Shown: positions 1-11,926 of the stretch, piece by piece
Numbering within the stretch: the stretch's first letter is position 1
Layout of the letters: every line of letters starts with the position of its first letter
DNA from: Psammoneis japonica
Taxonomy: Eukaryota
Length of the DNA stretch: 64,000 nucleotides
Assembly (NCBI GenBank): GCA_008632985.1
Contig: QPGO01000021.1
Span: forward strand, 496,001-560,000
Direction: 5' to 3'
The notes under the pieces: generated by a model
Databases searched by the model: none
What the model was told of the DNA's origin: nothing
What the model saw: only the letters and a program-made list of their open reading frames with translations
Translations under genes and position numbers: made by a program

Positions 1-182
1 TTTCTGTATTCTTTTGTATCGAATTTCGTATTCAATTTAGAGTTTTCCTATTGAAATCAAAATACCAATTCTTATAAAACCGATCTCACAGAATGTTGAT
101 TTTCACTACGTGCGACTTTTCAACTCTTTAGCCATGGGAGCGGAACGTATCTACACCGGTACAGTCGCTGCAGCAGGTGACA

Positions 183-1291
183 ATGGGTGGTATCGAAGAG
201 GTTGTGGAGTCCCTACCTTACGGCATTGAGGTCAGTTTTTCTCGTGTTTGGCGGTTGTCTCCCGCTTTGAATTTTATATATGTCTCTCATGTCTGTATAT
301 TTCTATATTTTTTTCATTCTATCCGACCTTTCCGTTCACTGTCACAACGATACTTGACGTCACTTTACATGACCCGATGTCAAATTTTCGGCCAACTTTT
401 TTTCAATACTCCCCATAAAACCGTTCCCACTTTTTCGCTCTTCCATGATTTGCGTGACTGATTCAGACTCCTCTCGACGAGAAGCTATGCATGTGCACTG
501 AAGACCTTTATCATGACATGCGCGAACGACAAGTAGACTTTGTGTCACCGGAAACGTACATTCAGAATGATTTGTATCTGCCGTTCAGACGATACCTCGT
601 GGACTGGATATCAGACGTGGGCGAACAATGCCGTCTGCACAATACTACCGTGCACGTGAGCATTCTTTTTCTTGACAAAATCTTTCGTAACCGTGATATT
701 CCTCGCAACAAGTGGCAGCTCCTGGCCACTGCATGCATCACTGTCGCTGCAAAATATGAGGAAGCCGAAGAGCACTGTCCTCCGATTCCTGAGCTACTGC
801 AGTTGACGAAGCTAAGCCATGCGGGTCACACTTCGCTCTCGTTTCGAGATGGAGAGGTTGAAGTTCTCCGTCTATTGGGGTGGAGACTTCGAGCTGTGCC
901 ACCGTTGCATGTCATTGGATATTTCCTTGCCAAGGGCGTCACGTTCGAGAACGACTCTTGGCAGGGACGAGCCCTCATCGAAAAGATTCCCAAGTATGTG
1001 AAGAAGTACGCTGAGTTCTTTTGCAATCTCACTCTTCAGGACTACGTGTTTCAACAATACTATCCGACCCATCTTGCCGCCGGTATTCTTATGGCGTCTC
1101 GAGTAGCGCTTCAGTTGCAGCCACGATGGAGACCAGAGTTGGAGCGATTAACCGGTTATGACGAAGCCAGTATTGTTGACGTGTTTGAACATGTTTGGGG
1201 ATACTACGAGAAGCAGTTTCCTGGACACGGCTCAAGGTCGATTTCGCCCAGGAGTGTTGCCAGCTCACACAACATGTCATCGTTTGACTAG
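183..1291 (+). CDS. Cyclin (cyclin N- and C-terminal boxes; cyclin J-like or diatom-type), 2 exons
   Basis: Cyclin box RRYLVDW...LFLDKIF...WQLLATACITVAAKYEE and C-box PTHLAAGIL. Exon 183-230 (MGGIEEVVESLPYGIE) splices in frame through a GT..AG intron at 231-466 into ORF 491..1291. Confidence 0.85.
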
Positions 1292-1868
1292 TCACACGGT
1301 CGTGCGTTTCGTATTTTACGTTTTGGCCGGCGGAAAGTTGCTCGGTCATACCTGTTTCACTATGTGGATTTGAAGGAAAGGCGTGGAGAGAATGATGTAG
1401 CTATTTATTCCTCTCATCTTTTTCATGCGGCTGGCTTGGTTTGAAACCTTGTCGCCACCCGCTGCTTGACTGTCATTGTTGACAACCCAAAGCACTTTAG
1501 TTATACCCGAAAGTGTGTTGTCACTGTCTAGCAGCTCGTGTACCGGTACATTATTTGATAACGACGGAATAGCGACCGCATTTACCCCTCTTGTAAACTC
1601 GTACTTCCTTATGTTCTCTACGAAACTCGAGCGCTTGTTTAGTTTTCAGTTTTGGAGGGAAAATTGTGACGAGCTTCGGCGTAGGATTAAAAATAACCGT
1701 TCGTGAAGGTTTCAATGTTCCCTGAAAAGTGCGGCAAAATTTTTGTCAAAGAAAAACTGGCGGCAACGCGGCAACCGTTGAGTGAGCACATCCCGTCCAT
1801 GCACCTCGCCTGGCGATCTCCAATCACATCCCTTAGTCTCACTCTTCTTAGTAGTAGTAGCAGATACC

Positions 1869-2767
1869 ATGACGTCCTTGCTGCAAGTCGAACACGAGCA
1901 GCAGCTGTTCCAAAAATCGCTGAAATGGGGACTTTGTGCCTCTGTTTTGTTTCTTTCTGGAACAATCATTGTTGTTCCCTCCGTGTTGTGCGAGATGAAT
2001 CACCGCGTGGCGGAGAACACAAGCAGCAGTCAACGATGCGAAACCATTGCCTCCGTTCTCGCCTTTGTTGGCTGTGCACTCAAGACAGCATCCGTTGTTG
2101 TTGAAATTGTGGTTGATGTCAAACTCAAGCGTCCTGTGGAACACGGGCGACATTGCCATTCTCGGCAATTGACGGATGGAAATCTGACATTGTCAGCATT
2201 GGTCCTGACGGCCATGTTCTTTCAAGGCTTGTACTTTACAATTCGATCCACTGATTGCGGACAAATGCACGACAAGTCTTGGAGTGCATTGAATTTGGCG
2301 GCGAGTTTTGTGTGGCCAGCTTCAGGCTTTCTCATGGTGAAGCATTGCTGTTCGTGCATTCGCCCACATTGCACATTGTCACAACGGCGACACTCGCTGT
2401 CGCAGGATTGAAAATTTTCCAATGCCCCAGTGAGCATCCAACTCTTCACTTGGTTGCATCATGGTCATTTGTTCTGGTCGGAGTGCTCTACGTGATTGCA
2501 GACATTTGGCGTTTTCGCATGGATCCAAAGGAGTTGAACACAAATCCAACAGAACTCGCCAATGATGTCTTGGCACAGTGTGCACAAAGGATGTTGTGCC
2601 ACATGGAAACGAAGACTGAAGCACAATGGTCGACCTTTCACAAAGCAGCAGTGAACGCACTGCCGCAGCGCGGAAACTTGTCGCACGAAACTTTTCATGC
2701 AATGCACACCCTTGCACTCGACTGCAAGGCCCAACACCTGGACCAATGTCCAGTTTCGTGTGGGTGA
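1869..2767 (+). pseudogene. Degraded multi-pass membrane protein gene inside a TpA-depleted block
   Basis: Hydrophobic helices are split across frameshifted ORFs 1782..2411 and 2255..2767. There is almost no Tyr and an excess of Cys/His. No TA occurs at 1870-2231. Confidence 0.45.
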
Positions 2768-3780
2768 GCTAAAGAACATGTTTAGGTGTGCATCTCTTCA
2801 CACTTTTTCTGATGGTGATTTTGTGTGGTGCAGCGGCCATTGGAAGAAACTGGACGAATGCCGAGTTGTCTCCATTGCATTTTCCGTTTCCTGCCCTCTG
2901 TCATTGCATTTTGCAGTCATTGTTGCAAACACCCAGTTACGGATTTTGATGTCATTGTTCCAAATTGGCACAATGGAAAGACACACACCCAACATTGAGA
3001 GACAGACGAAGCATGATTCACTGATGCCAAACACGGCAGATTTGGTTGAGGGACTCACAAGCAGTCGCACACTTTTGAACTTCCTTTCGATCCACTGCAT
3101 GCCATGATGCTGTTTCAGTTTCACTGTTTGTCATGAGAAACTTTGCACTTTTCCATTGTTTCTGATCCCTGGCCTCTGTGTGGGCCTGCTTCAAATCAGC
3201 AGCTTTCTTGTTGAAAAAATGACGACCTCCACCATTTTTTGTTGGATTTGTGGTTGTTGTCACAACCATTGCAGAAACTGTGCCAAGGCTCTGTGTGAGA
3301 TTTTCTTCATCTGGCCACACACCTTGTTCCAGTGCTTGGTGTGCTTCTCTTCTTGCTCTCTCCCCGCGAAAACGCAAAGGCGCAGGCTGCTTCAAAATTT
3401 GTGGGGGGAAGTGGCTTTTCCATCAAGGGATTTTCAGTTGGTCACTGTCTTGATTTCCCTCACTTGCTTTCCCTCACTTCCTTTTGATCCAATGCATGCC
3501 AGTGGCCATCTCAGTTTTGATTGTTGCCTGGGAAACAGTGCCCCAAAACACACGACCTCTGGAGCGTGTGATGATGAAGAAACGCTGAGCAGGAGTCACA
3601 CGATTCAAACCCCAGCAGAAGCGCATGAGTTGCAGGTGCAGTGAGTCTTCATCCAGCATGTGAAAACCCAGCAATCACATGCTTTTAAACTAAGCACAGA
3701 GACAGACTGAACAAAAGCGCTGTCAGTCGTCTTGGCACATGTGCGCATGATGTGATGTACGGCATGAGTTGTGATGAACG
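1870..3780. other. TpA-depleted, TG/CA-enriched block 1
   Basis: About 10 TA in 1.9 kb by eye, against 4-9 per 240 bp in sampled neighbouring genes. Confidence 0.85.
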
Positions 3781-4015
3781 GCGGCCTGGGACACACGGCA
3801 TTTTGTCGCATTTGGCGACATTTTCTTAAATGAATTGATGATTTGTCGCGAACAGACGCGAATTGCGACAAAATGTCCGGGTTGGCGATAAACGGGACAG
3901 AAACATTGTTTAATTAAGTTATGAAATGATTAATGTCATTTATAACCAACCTGAACTTTGGCGATGTCGTTTCAATAAGTGGGGTAATTAACAGAATTTG
4001 GCGATCGATGTCATC

Positions 4016-4113
4016 GACGAAAATTCATCCGACAAAATTTGTCGTATACGACAAAATTTGTCGGACATCCGACAAATTTGTCGGATGTCCGACAAAATTT
4101 GTCGGCATCCGAC
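4016..4113. repeat. Array of near-palindromic CGACAAAATTTGTCG units (left)
   Basis: Several spaced copies seen directly. Confidence 0.85.
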
Positions 4114-4210
4114 AAGACACGACACGACACGACACGACAAGACACGACACGACACGACACGACACGACAAGACACGACACGACACGACACGACACGTCAC
4201 GACACGACGA
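4111..4210 (+). repeat. (GACAC/GACAA)n pentamer tandem repeat
   Basis: Seen directly. It produces spurious DTTRH-repeat ORFs. Confidence 0.9.
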
Positions 4211-4482
4211 CTCACGAACGAAACACCCACGCCCCCGCACACGCTAACCGCTAACGTCTCCGTTGACACTACCGGTATGTCTCTTTTGCGCGATGATGCA
4301 AAGCGACGATCATGCCGCTCTCGGCGGTCTCCATACTCTCGTCAATACCGGGACAACAACACTTCTACATAGTGCAACGGAATGTACCGGTATGTATTGC
4401 TGTACTGTACCTTTTATCAGTACGACTGGGCACTTCTGAATGTTGGGGAGCGTTGCGTTATCGGTATGTCGCAAACGTCCGT

Positions 4483-4702
4483 CTGTCGGCGTTTGTCGGC
4501 TCTTGTCGGCTCTTGTCGGCGTTTGTCGTACGTTGTCGGGGTTTGTCGGGGTTTGTCGGGGTTGTCGGGGTTTGTCGGGGCTTGTCGGGGTTTGTCGGGG
4601 TTTGTCGGATACGACAAAATTTGTCGTACGTCCGACAAAATTTGTCGTACATCCGACAAAATTTGTCGTATCCGACAAAATTTGTCGTACGTACGACAAA
4701 AT
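4483..4702. repeat. (GGGGTTTGTC)n-like decamer array followed by the right CGACAAAATTTGTCG array
   Basis: Seen directly. All units share the CGACA/TGTCG core. Confidence 0.9.
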
Positions 4703-5122
4703 CGCCAAAACATTAATTAATAAGTACAGTCTTCGCCGAAAGTTAAATTCATCATATAGCACTGTAGTTGATATAACGTGTGTGTTTAGGACACGCCATC
4801 GCCAATTAAATGATGATTTTGTCTTATTTATCGCCAACGGTTGAAATTTGTCTCAAAGGGCGTTTTTCACGACAAATCGTCCAATTCATTTATGGGAATG
4901 TCGCAATTGGCGACAAAATGCCGTGTGTCCCTGTCCGGCTGTCCGCAGAAAAACAGGGCCAAGTCGTGAAATGCACGCATCGCGCGCATCGCATCACACC
5001 CGCTCCCATCATTTTAGGAACTCCACAATGATCGATGACAGCGAGCGGTGGCGGTGTCTATCTGAATCTGCAATTTGGCTGTCATGTGATGCACTTCAAC
5101 TGTAACGCAAGATTGTTTCATC

Positions 5123-7393
5123 ATGTTTCGACAGTGTCGGCAACTCCATCGTGTGTCTTTTCATCTACGGCCGATTGGAGGGAATAAACGAGCATCATGC
5201 CTCATTTTTTCTTCTTTCTCGAATTCTTCAACGTCGGATTCCGATGATTCGTCGCCGACACTGTCGCCATGGAATCGCTTGAAAAAGCTCTTTAACGATT
5301 TTGGAATGCCCGAAAAAATATCGAAACACACGAAAAAGACGAAAGTGGTGGTCGACAGCGAGCCAACAACAACAGAAGGTTCCACTTCTCCGCGCCTCCC
5401 AAAGTTCTTTTCCAACGATGAGTTTTCCCCCGAAGATACAGCAGCCGACAGACGACGACTCCATTTTGAAGCTAATCGTCGTATTGTTCGAATAGCGGTG
5501 GACCGTGTTTTAGAGCCAAGTGCGGTAGCCTTGCTTACGATATCCACGTCGGCGGTGCTTGGCATTGCCATTGTCGAAGCGTCCATGCTGACGGTTGAAA
5601 TGCCCTTTATTGAAAGCATGGATGCGGGGCGATTCGTTCTCCGATATGCTGTCGAACAGCTCCTACCATCATGTCACTGGGCTACACGAGATGCGAAGTT
5701 GATTGCCACAGCCGTGGGACTTGACGCCAATACGCTACTACAAAACTTGGATCCACAAAACTTGTCTGCTACAGACGCCGCCACTCTTCTCCGCGTCCAA
5801 ATGTTGTCATCTTGCCGTTGCATGGCGGCGGGCTTTATGCTCTTGGCCCAGCTTGTTCGTGCCGGTACGATTGGTGCGGCTGCCACGGGTGCTTATGAAG
5901 ACCGAATCAAGGCTGGACGGGAGCCTCCGCTCTTGCCACGAAACGATGGTCTCATTCTACGGCTGTGTGGACGACGCTCTAATGTGACTTCGGCTTCGTT
6001 ACAGAAAATGGGCCGACATTTGTTTCCAGTATTTGAAGAGCCAGATCGACTGCATCATTTGTTGTCTCAGTATTCAGACGGAGCCAAAATACCGATCTTT
6101 TGGCGAGTTCGTCCCGGACGATACGGGTCTAGCTACTCGTGGAGAGGATTGCACTTTAATGAAAATTACTTGATTCAGACGAAAACAAACGAGAACGTGT
6201 TAATTCTTGAAGCTGATGCTACCAATGGTGATGACCCATTGGCTCTTGGAGACGTGTCGCTTGACCTTACGATTGATGATGCGTCTCAGGGCTTTCGCAG
6301 GGTTATAGAATTGTTTCAGTCAGCGGCGTCGTCACATGACACCACGTTGCCACCCTTTCGACCCTTGCGTGTGTTTCTGGGAAACTCGCTCGAGACATTC
6401 ATGTCGGGTGGTGGTCATGAATACACCTTGCGTCATCGAATTCGATACGCCAACGAGGTGGATGTGTTGATAGACTCGCGTGCACCCGTCCTCAAGGAAA
6501 TTCTGCATTGGTGTGACCGTGTCGCCGGAGAGGATCGTGTCATCTTGTTCCAAACGAGTAATCGACAATACTTTTTGAGTCTCCAGCTCTTGATGAAACA
6601 TTATGGATACAAGATTTGTGATCCGTTAGATTGGACGGTGGCGAAGCAACTGAGAGAAGAGACTGCAAAGGACGATGGAGAAGCGGATGTTGTAGGCAAT
6701 CACCATGAGGAAAACGATGCATATGAAAACTACGAGTCTCTGCTACAGATTCTTCTTGAGGATCGTATCATGGAGAGTATACCAAGGACAGACACAGAAG
6801 AGGAGACGGTCAAGGATGCTCTCGAGACAGTAGTGACCGATCGAAAAGGTAGCATCATGATGCTATCCAGGCTGCCCCGTCTCGTGTACTACGACAAAAC
6901 GGCAGAGACGCTCAATGCAGTCGAAGCTCTCTTGAAGGCTCGTGCCGTTGATATTTCCAGCTGCTGTGCTCTTTTGGATCGACAAGAGGGCGCACAATTA
7001 ATGAGGGGAATCTTGAAGAGAACACACACCGAACACTGGACGAAAGCTCCATTTGCCACACAAGACGACGACCTGACACCTGCTGGTCATGGTTTACACA
7101 TGATTAGCTCCTCTGCTATTTATGACGCGCTTTTTCGACAAGTTAGACAATGGACTCGCATGGGATACTCGGCTTTGGAAATTCAAAAGGAACTTGATAC
7201 AAGGTATCATCAGATTCTCAAACAGTCACAAGAAGTTTACGAAGCAGTGGTTGAGGTAACTGCATCGGAGGAGCCAGCAGCAGCAGATACCGAAGCCGTA
7301 CCCATCAGGAAGACTTCTGACAAGGATGACATACCCTTGGAGGAGGAGGATGACGACGACGAGGTATTTGAAAGAAGTAAGAAAGATAAGTAG
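5123..7393 (+). CDS. Hypothetical protein, 756 aa, with an Arg-rich N-terminus (possible mitochondrial presequence) and an acidic C-terminal tail
   Basis: Long uninterrupted ORF with ordinary composition. No family recognised. Confidence 0.75.
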   Translation: MFRQCRQLHRVSFHLRPIGGNKRASCLIFSSFSNSSTSDSDDSSPTLSPWNRLKKLFNDFGMPEKISKHTKKTKVVVDSEPTTTEGSTSPRLPKFFSNDEFSPEDTAADRRRLHFEANRRIVRIAVDRVLEPSAVALLTISTSAVLGIAIVEASMLTVEMPFIESMDAGRFVLRYAVEQLLPSCHWATRDAKLIATAVGLDANTLLQNLDPQNLSATDAATLLRVQMLSSCRCMAAGFMLLAQLVRAGTIGAAATGAYEDRIKAGREPPLLPRNDGLILRLCGRRSNVTSASLQKMGRHLFPVFEEPDRLHHLLSQYSDGAKIPIFWRVRPGRYGSSYSWRGLHFNENYLIQTKTNENVLILEADATNGDDPLALGDVSLDLTIDDASQGFRRVIELFQSAASSHDTTLPPFRPLRVFLGNSLETFMSGGGHEYTLRHRIRYANEVDVLIDSRAPVLKEILHWCDRVAGEDRVILFQTSNRQYFLSLQLLMKHYGYKICDPLDWTVAKQLREETAKDDGEADVVGNHHEENDAYENYESLLQILLEDRIMESIPRTDTEEETVKDALETVVTDRKGSIMMLSRLPRLVYYDKTAETLNAVEALLKARAVDISSCCALLDRQEGAQLMRGILKRTHTEHWTKAPFATQDDDLTPAGHGLHMISSSAIYDALFRQVRQWTRMGYSALEIQKELDTRYHQILKQSQEVYEAVVEVTASEEPAAADTEAVPIRKTSDKDDIPLEEEDDDDEVFERSKKDK

Positions 7394-7948
7394 AAGTTCC
7401 GGTGCATGCAGGAAAATGACTGCGGGGAACCGACGAGTCGACCCATGGGCCTCAACAGCCAACTTCATCACGTGGGCATTTGTCAAGAATTGCTCGCCAT
7501 CAATCACAAAAGCCAGTTCCTTTGGATTCACAATGTTGCGTGCGTTGCCACGGCTGAGCCTGAGCCCATTCCACTTTGCCACTTCAATGCGACAAACTTT
7601 TCTGGCCAGAACAAATGTCTGAGACTCTGGCTCTTGATGCAAGGCAACTAAAAGAAGAAGGCCGGTCAACAGAATGAGTCAATAGATTTATAGAGACGGG
7701 GACCACTCAATGCCTTTTAGCATCTCTTTCCGACGAGAAAGAATGACACGAGCTGTGCCGCACTCCTCACCTTTCGTCAAAACGTCTGGCACGTCAGGAG
7801 TGCTTCCTGGATCGATACCAAACTTACGCTTTTGATAGCCGACACCGCAGCTACAACTTTGCCTCTAAGCTATGCCTAACAACTAACATCTCAGTTGGGG
7901 GTCAACACCCAACCATATCATGCAGTAGGGGATAAATCTACGGGCAGA

Positions 7949-8637
7949 CTAATTTTCACAGCATCGAAATCGAGGCGATGAGTTGGCGTTCCCGAGATTG
8001 ATGCCCTTTTCCTTTTTTGTTCCTATTTCTGATGCTCTCTGGCCCATCAACACTGCCATGGCCATGAATGACGTCTCAACATTGACTCCAACCTTTGCAC
8101 TCGACTCAATATATGGAATGCCGAGATCCTTGGCAAGCTCCTGGCCCTGGTCTGCTGTTACTACTCGAAGGTCAGTCAGGTCGCATTTGGCACCCACCAA
8201 TAGCTTGACAGGAGGAGTACTACTGGCATATTTCTCCACATCTGCCAACCAGCTCAAGATATGTTGAAAGGAATCCTCATCGGTGACATCAAACACCAGC
8301 ATGACACCATCGGCTTGGCGATAATAGCTGGCTGTAATGGAGCGAAACCGTTCTTGACCGGCCGTATCGTAAACTTCAAGTCGTACAGTCTTGTTATCCA
8401 CGTCGATGTTTCGGCTGACCACATCGACACCAATCGTCGAAACGTACGTTTCAGAAAAAGAAGAGTGCTGGAGGAGTTGTGAGATTGCATTGCTGGGGAG
8501 CGCGCGAGGCACAGTTCACTCATGGGCAAACAGCATATCATGCAGACTTACAGCATATCTCTGCAAAGACAGGTCTTTCCGGCACCACTGTCTCCAATCA
8601 ACACAACCTTGAAGCGATTGTTGAGCGGCGGTGCCAT
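7949..8637 (-). CDS. Rab GTPase (Rab1/Ypt1-like), 2 exons, with an apparent 1-nt deletion in exon 1
   Basis: Motifs GDSGAGKT, YVSTIGVD, DTAGQERFRSITASYYR, GAKCDL, ESSAK and C-terminal CCxx. Intron at 8468-8551. One extra T near 8567 restores KTCLLQRYA in frame with exon 2. Confidence 0.9.
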
Positions 8638-9078
8638 GGTGCTGTGTGCTTGTGCGTGATTGCTTTTTTCTTTTTTCCTTTTCGATAGTGGGGTCCTATT
8701 TGCTTTAGGTGTGTCAACTTTCCCTCCAACAACAGATGACGTCAAACAGAAATTTATTCATTTCTGTAGCTTACTGATATCCTCTGTGACAGATGAAACC
8801 CGGAGATTTCGCAACACTGCATGCATCCAAGACACAAACTTGTGACGCGTTGGATTGTTGATGCCAACAAGAGATCGAGTATCCAACGACGCTCACAATA
8901 ACTTGACACCCATCACACCATTTGTGCATAAAAGGAAAAGAAACTCTTTTTTGAAGGACTTCAGACTGAGCGCCTTTAGTTTTAAAAATTTCAGAAAGAA
9001 GCATATCAGAAAGAAGCTAAGAAATCTTTCTGATCAAACGAGAACCGCAGAATGCAACAGGGTTCTCTTCGTTCAGCC

Positions 9079-11387
9079 ATGATGACTCTATCGCGACAAC
9101 AACGACAGCATGCTCTCAAGAAACATGCTTATCTACTAAAAAAGCCGCGTGTCATGTCAACCCTTGCTGCTACCGACAAGGAAGATACGGTCGTGTTGAA
9201 ACCGTGGCCTCGTGCGGTTGTAACGTCCCACGGTGATTATCGTCAAGAGGCCTTTTGGAAAAGCACATTGGAGGACCACTCTATTCCCAGCAGTCGAGCT
9301 TACCAAAGTTGCCCATTCCATCCGTCAAGCAAACGATTGAAACCTTTCTTCCGACCGCTCTACCTCTGGCAGAATCAGAGGAAGAACGCGAGTCTCTCTT
9401 GGAGGCATGTCGTCTCTTTGAAGAACAATCGCAGACGCTTCAGAACGCCTGCACGAACGTCGGGATGGAGAAATGAAGGACTCGTCGTGGTTGCAGCATT
9501 GGTGGAATACGATGGGATATCTTCAGTGCGTGATCCCGTTACGGTAAACGTTTCTTACTTTTTTCACTTTACCAACGATGGCACGTTGCCCTCGAGCAAG
9601 CCACGCAACGTCACAAGAGGTGCGTCGCTCTTGTACGCCACGGCTGAATTTCGCAACTTGGTGGCGAGCGGACAGTGGCCCTGTGATGTGATTGGACGAA
9701 ACAAGACTCCGCTCTGCAGTGTGGCGTACAAGTACATGTTTCATGCGTGTCGTATTCCAAAACGTCAGGAAGATGTCTATGAGATGCATGATCCGAGTTT
9801 GCATTCACATGTCATTGTGGCTCGCAAGGGATTCTTTTTCGCTGTTCAGTTATTTGATGACGAGACAGCAACCACGCCACTGCCTCTTCCAGTCTTGGAG
9901 GAACAGTTGGAACAAGTCATCAAGGAGGCAGACGAACTGTCCATGTCATCCTACCCTGAGCTCGGGTGGTTCACCAGCGACAACCGTGACAACTGGGCGG
10001 ATGCGCGAGAAGCATTGATTCGTTTGGGAGGTAGTGAGATGGAAAAGGCATTGGAACGTTTGGAGAGTGGCGCCATTCTGCTTTGTCTTGATGATGAGGT
10101 GAGTCGGACACCTGGAAGTACTTTCATTGACGTACCGTCGTGCACTACGAGGCCTTTTCCAACCCTTTGAATTCTGTTATTTGTCGCAGGAACCCGTTTC
10201 TCGCAAGGAGTGTGGACAGATATTCTGGCATGGCACGCCCAAGGAAGGACGCAATCGTTGGTTTGATAAATCCATTCAACTCTTTTGCACCAACAATGGT
10301 GTGGCAGGGCTTCAGGGAGAGCACAGTATGGTAAGTATTGTTGTTGTTGTTGTTGTTGTTGTCGAAGAAATATTCGCTCGTACTTTCCTCTCACTCAAGA
10401 CGGATGTTTTCAGATGGATGGTATGCCGGTGGTGAATTACGCTGACCACTTGACCAAAACTGGCTATGCGCAAGCCATGCAAAGGTCGGCGTCGTCTAAC
10501 GCCAGTGCAGATGCCAGTGTTAGCCACATATTTGAAAACACTCCTCTTGATAGTCCTGAACTTGGAGCGCTCGTTGACAAGTGTAAGTATTGAGCACGAA
10601 CGTTTTCGAGCTTTTCTTTTTAATAATTGTCGCAATGATTGGTCTAACCGGCTCGATTCTTTCATTCACGATAGCCAAGAATAACTTTATCAAGCTTGTC
10701 ACGGACCACGCCATGGACGTACAAAGCTTTCATGGCTACGGCAGCAACTTTATCAAAAAGTCAGGCTTCTCTCCCGATGCCTTTGTTCAGGTTGCTATTC
10801 AGGTTGCAACCTATCGTCTCTTTGAAAAGCAGGGTGCAACCTATGAGGCGACTCAAATGCGTCCCTTTCTTCACGGTCGTACCGAAACTACCCGAGCAGT
10901 TTCGACCGAGAGTCAAGCCTTTTGTCAGGCCATGGGATTGGTTCGCAAATACGATGAACACGACGCTGGTGCAAGAAAGCACAAACTGGCCTTGTTGCAA
11001 GACGCCGTGAATGCCCATGTCAAGTATATTGGTGCCGCTGCCAAGGGATACGGTGTAGATCGTCACTTTCTAGGATTGTCGTTGCTCGTCCAGGATGGAG
11101 AGCAGGCGCCAACTTTGTATTCGAATCCTGTTTTTACTCGATCCAAGCACTGGAGAGTTAGTACCAGTCACTTGACGCATCCAAAGTTTGAAAACTGGGG
11201 ATACGGCGAGGTTGTGCCAGATGGTGTGGGTTTGTCGTATGCCATCAAGGCGGACGGATGTGTCTTTACGGTAACTGCGTTGAAGGAACATGGGTGGACC
11301 GATAAGCTTTCTCACTTGCTGGAGGATACTCTACTGGAGATGCGGGATTTGCTCCAAGCCGAAGAGCCACCAAAGAGTAAGCTTTAG
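9079..11387 (+). CDS. Carnitine O-acetyltransferase (choline/carnitine acyltransferase family) with C-terminal SKL
   Basis: Motifs LPKLPIP, NRWFDKS, catalytic EHSM/MDG, SPDAFVQ, YEATQMRPFLHGRTET and GVDRHF. Introns at 10099-10189, 10331-10413 and 10583-10674. Small frameshifts in the 5' part. Confidence 0.9.
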
Positions 11388-11926
11388 TGTGGCCGGACGC
11401 GACAATTTGATCGGGGAAAGGTAATGGTCAGGTCTCGTCGCAAATACACCTACTTTCTGTTTAGAATATGATTTCTCGTTAGAATACTGTTCCCTTGCTC
11501 CATTGAATAAAAATAGTAGGTGCCTACATTGACAAAACAGGATTCACCTACCGAGCAGGGGCAAAACGCATATCATGTCGCACCTATTTTATATCTCTGT
11601 TGTTGATCGTACTGTATTCTTTTAGAGGTCCTCCTCTACTACCGGTACTACTTGGGCTTTCATTCCACCTCGAGGCTTTCCGCTTGCTCTGCCGTGATCA
11701 AGGTCAAAGCAATCATGATCAGTTCTGCTTTTTCGGAACCGTCCACGAACCGATAAGCTTCAACTCCAAGCAATCGAGCTGCAACCCCGACCGCTACAGC
11801 GAACGACAGCAAAAATCGGCATCAGTTTTGGCAAGAACATCCGCAGGTTTTGAATATTTTTTTGTGAATGACTTGATGATACAGAAGCGTAATGTCAGAG
11901 TTCACTTCGGCAGCGGCGGACGCTTC

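Larger units (their letters stand above)
3788..4931. mobile_element. Non-autonomous TIR element (MITE-like), about 1.14 kb
   Basis: Left end GGGACACACGGCATTTTGTCGC (3788) is the reverse complement of right end GCGACAAAATGCCGTGTGTCCC (to 4931). Imperfect inverted similarity continues for about 100 bp. The interior consists of repeat arrays with no real ORF. No target-site duplication (TSD) was recognised. Confidence 0.8.

Noticed and set aside
4016..4702. CRISPR-like appearance of spaced palindromic repeats
   Set aside because: The spacers are only a few bases, there are no cas genes, the context is eukaryotic, and the arrays lie inside a TIR element.
3933..4844. ORFs with DTTRH, DKICR or VGVCR repeats
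   Set aside because: They are translations of non-coding tandem repeats, open in many frames.
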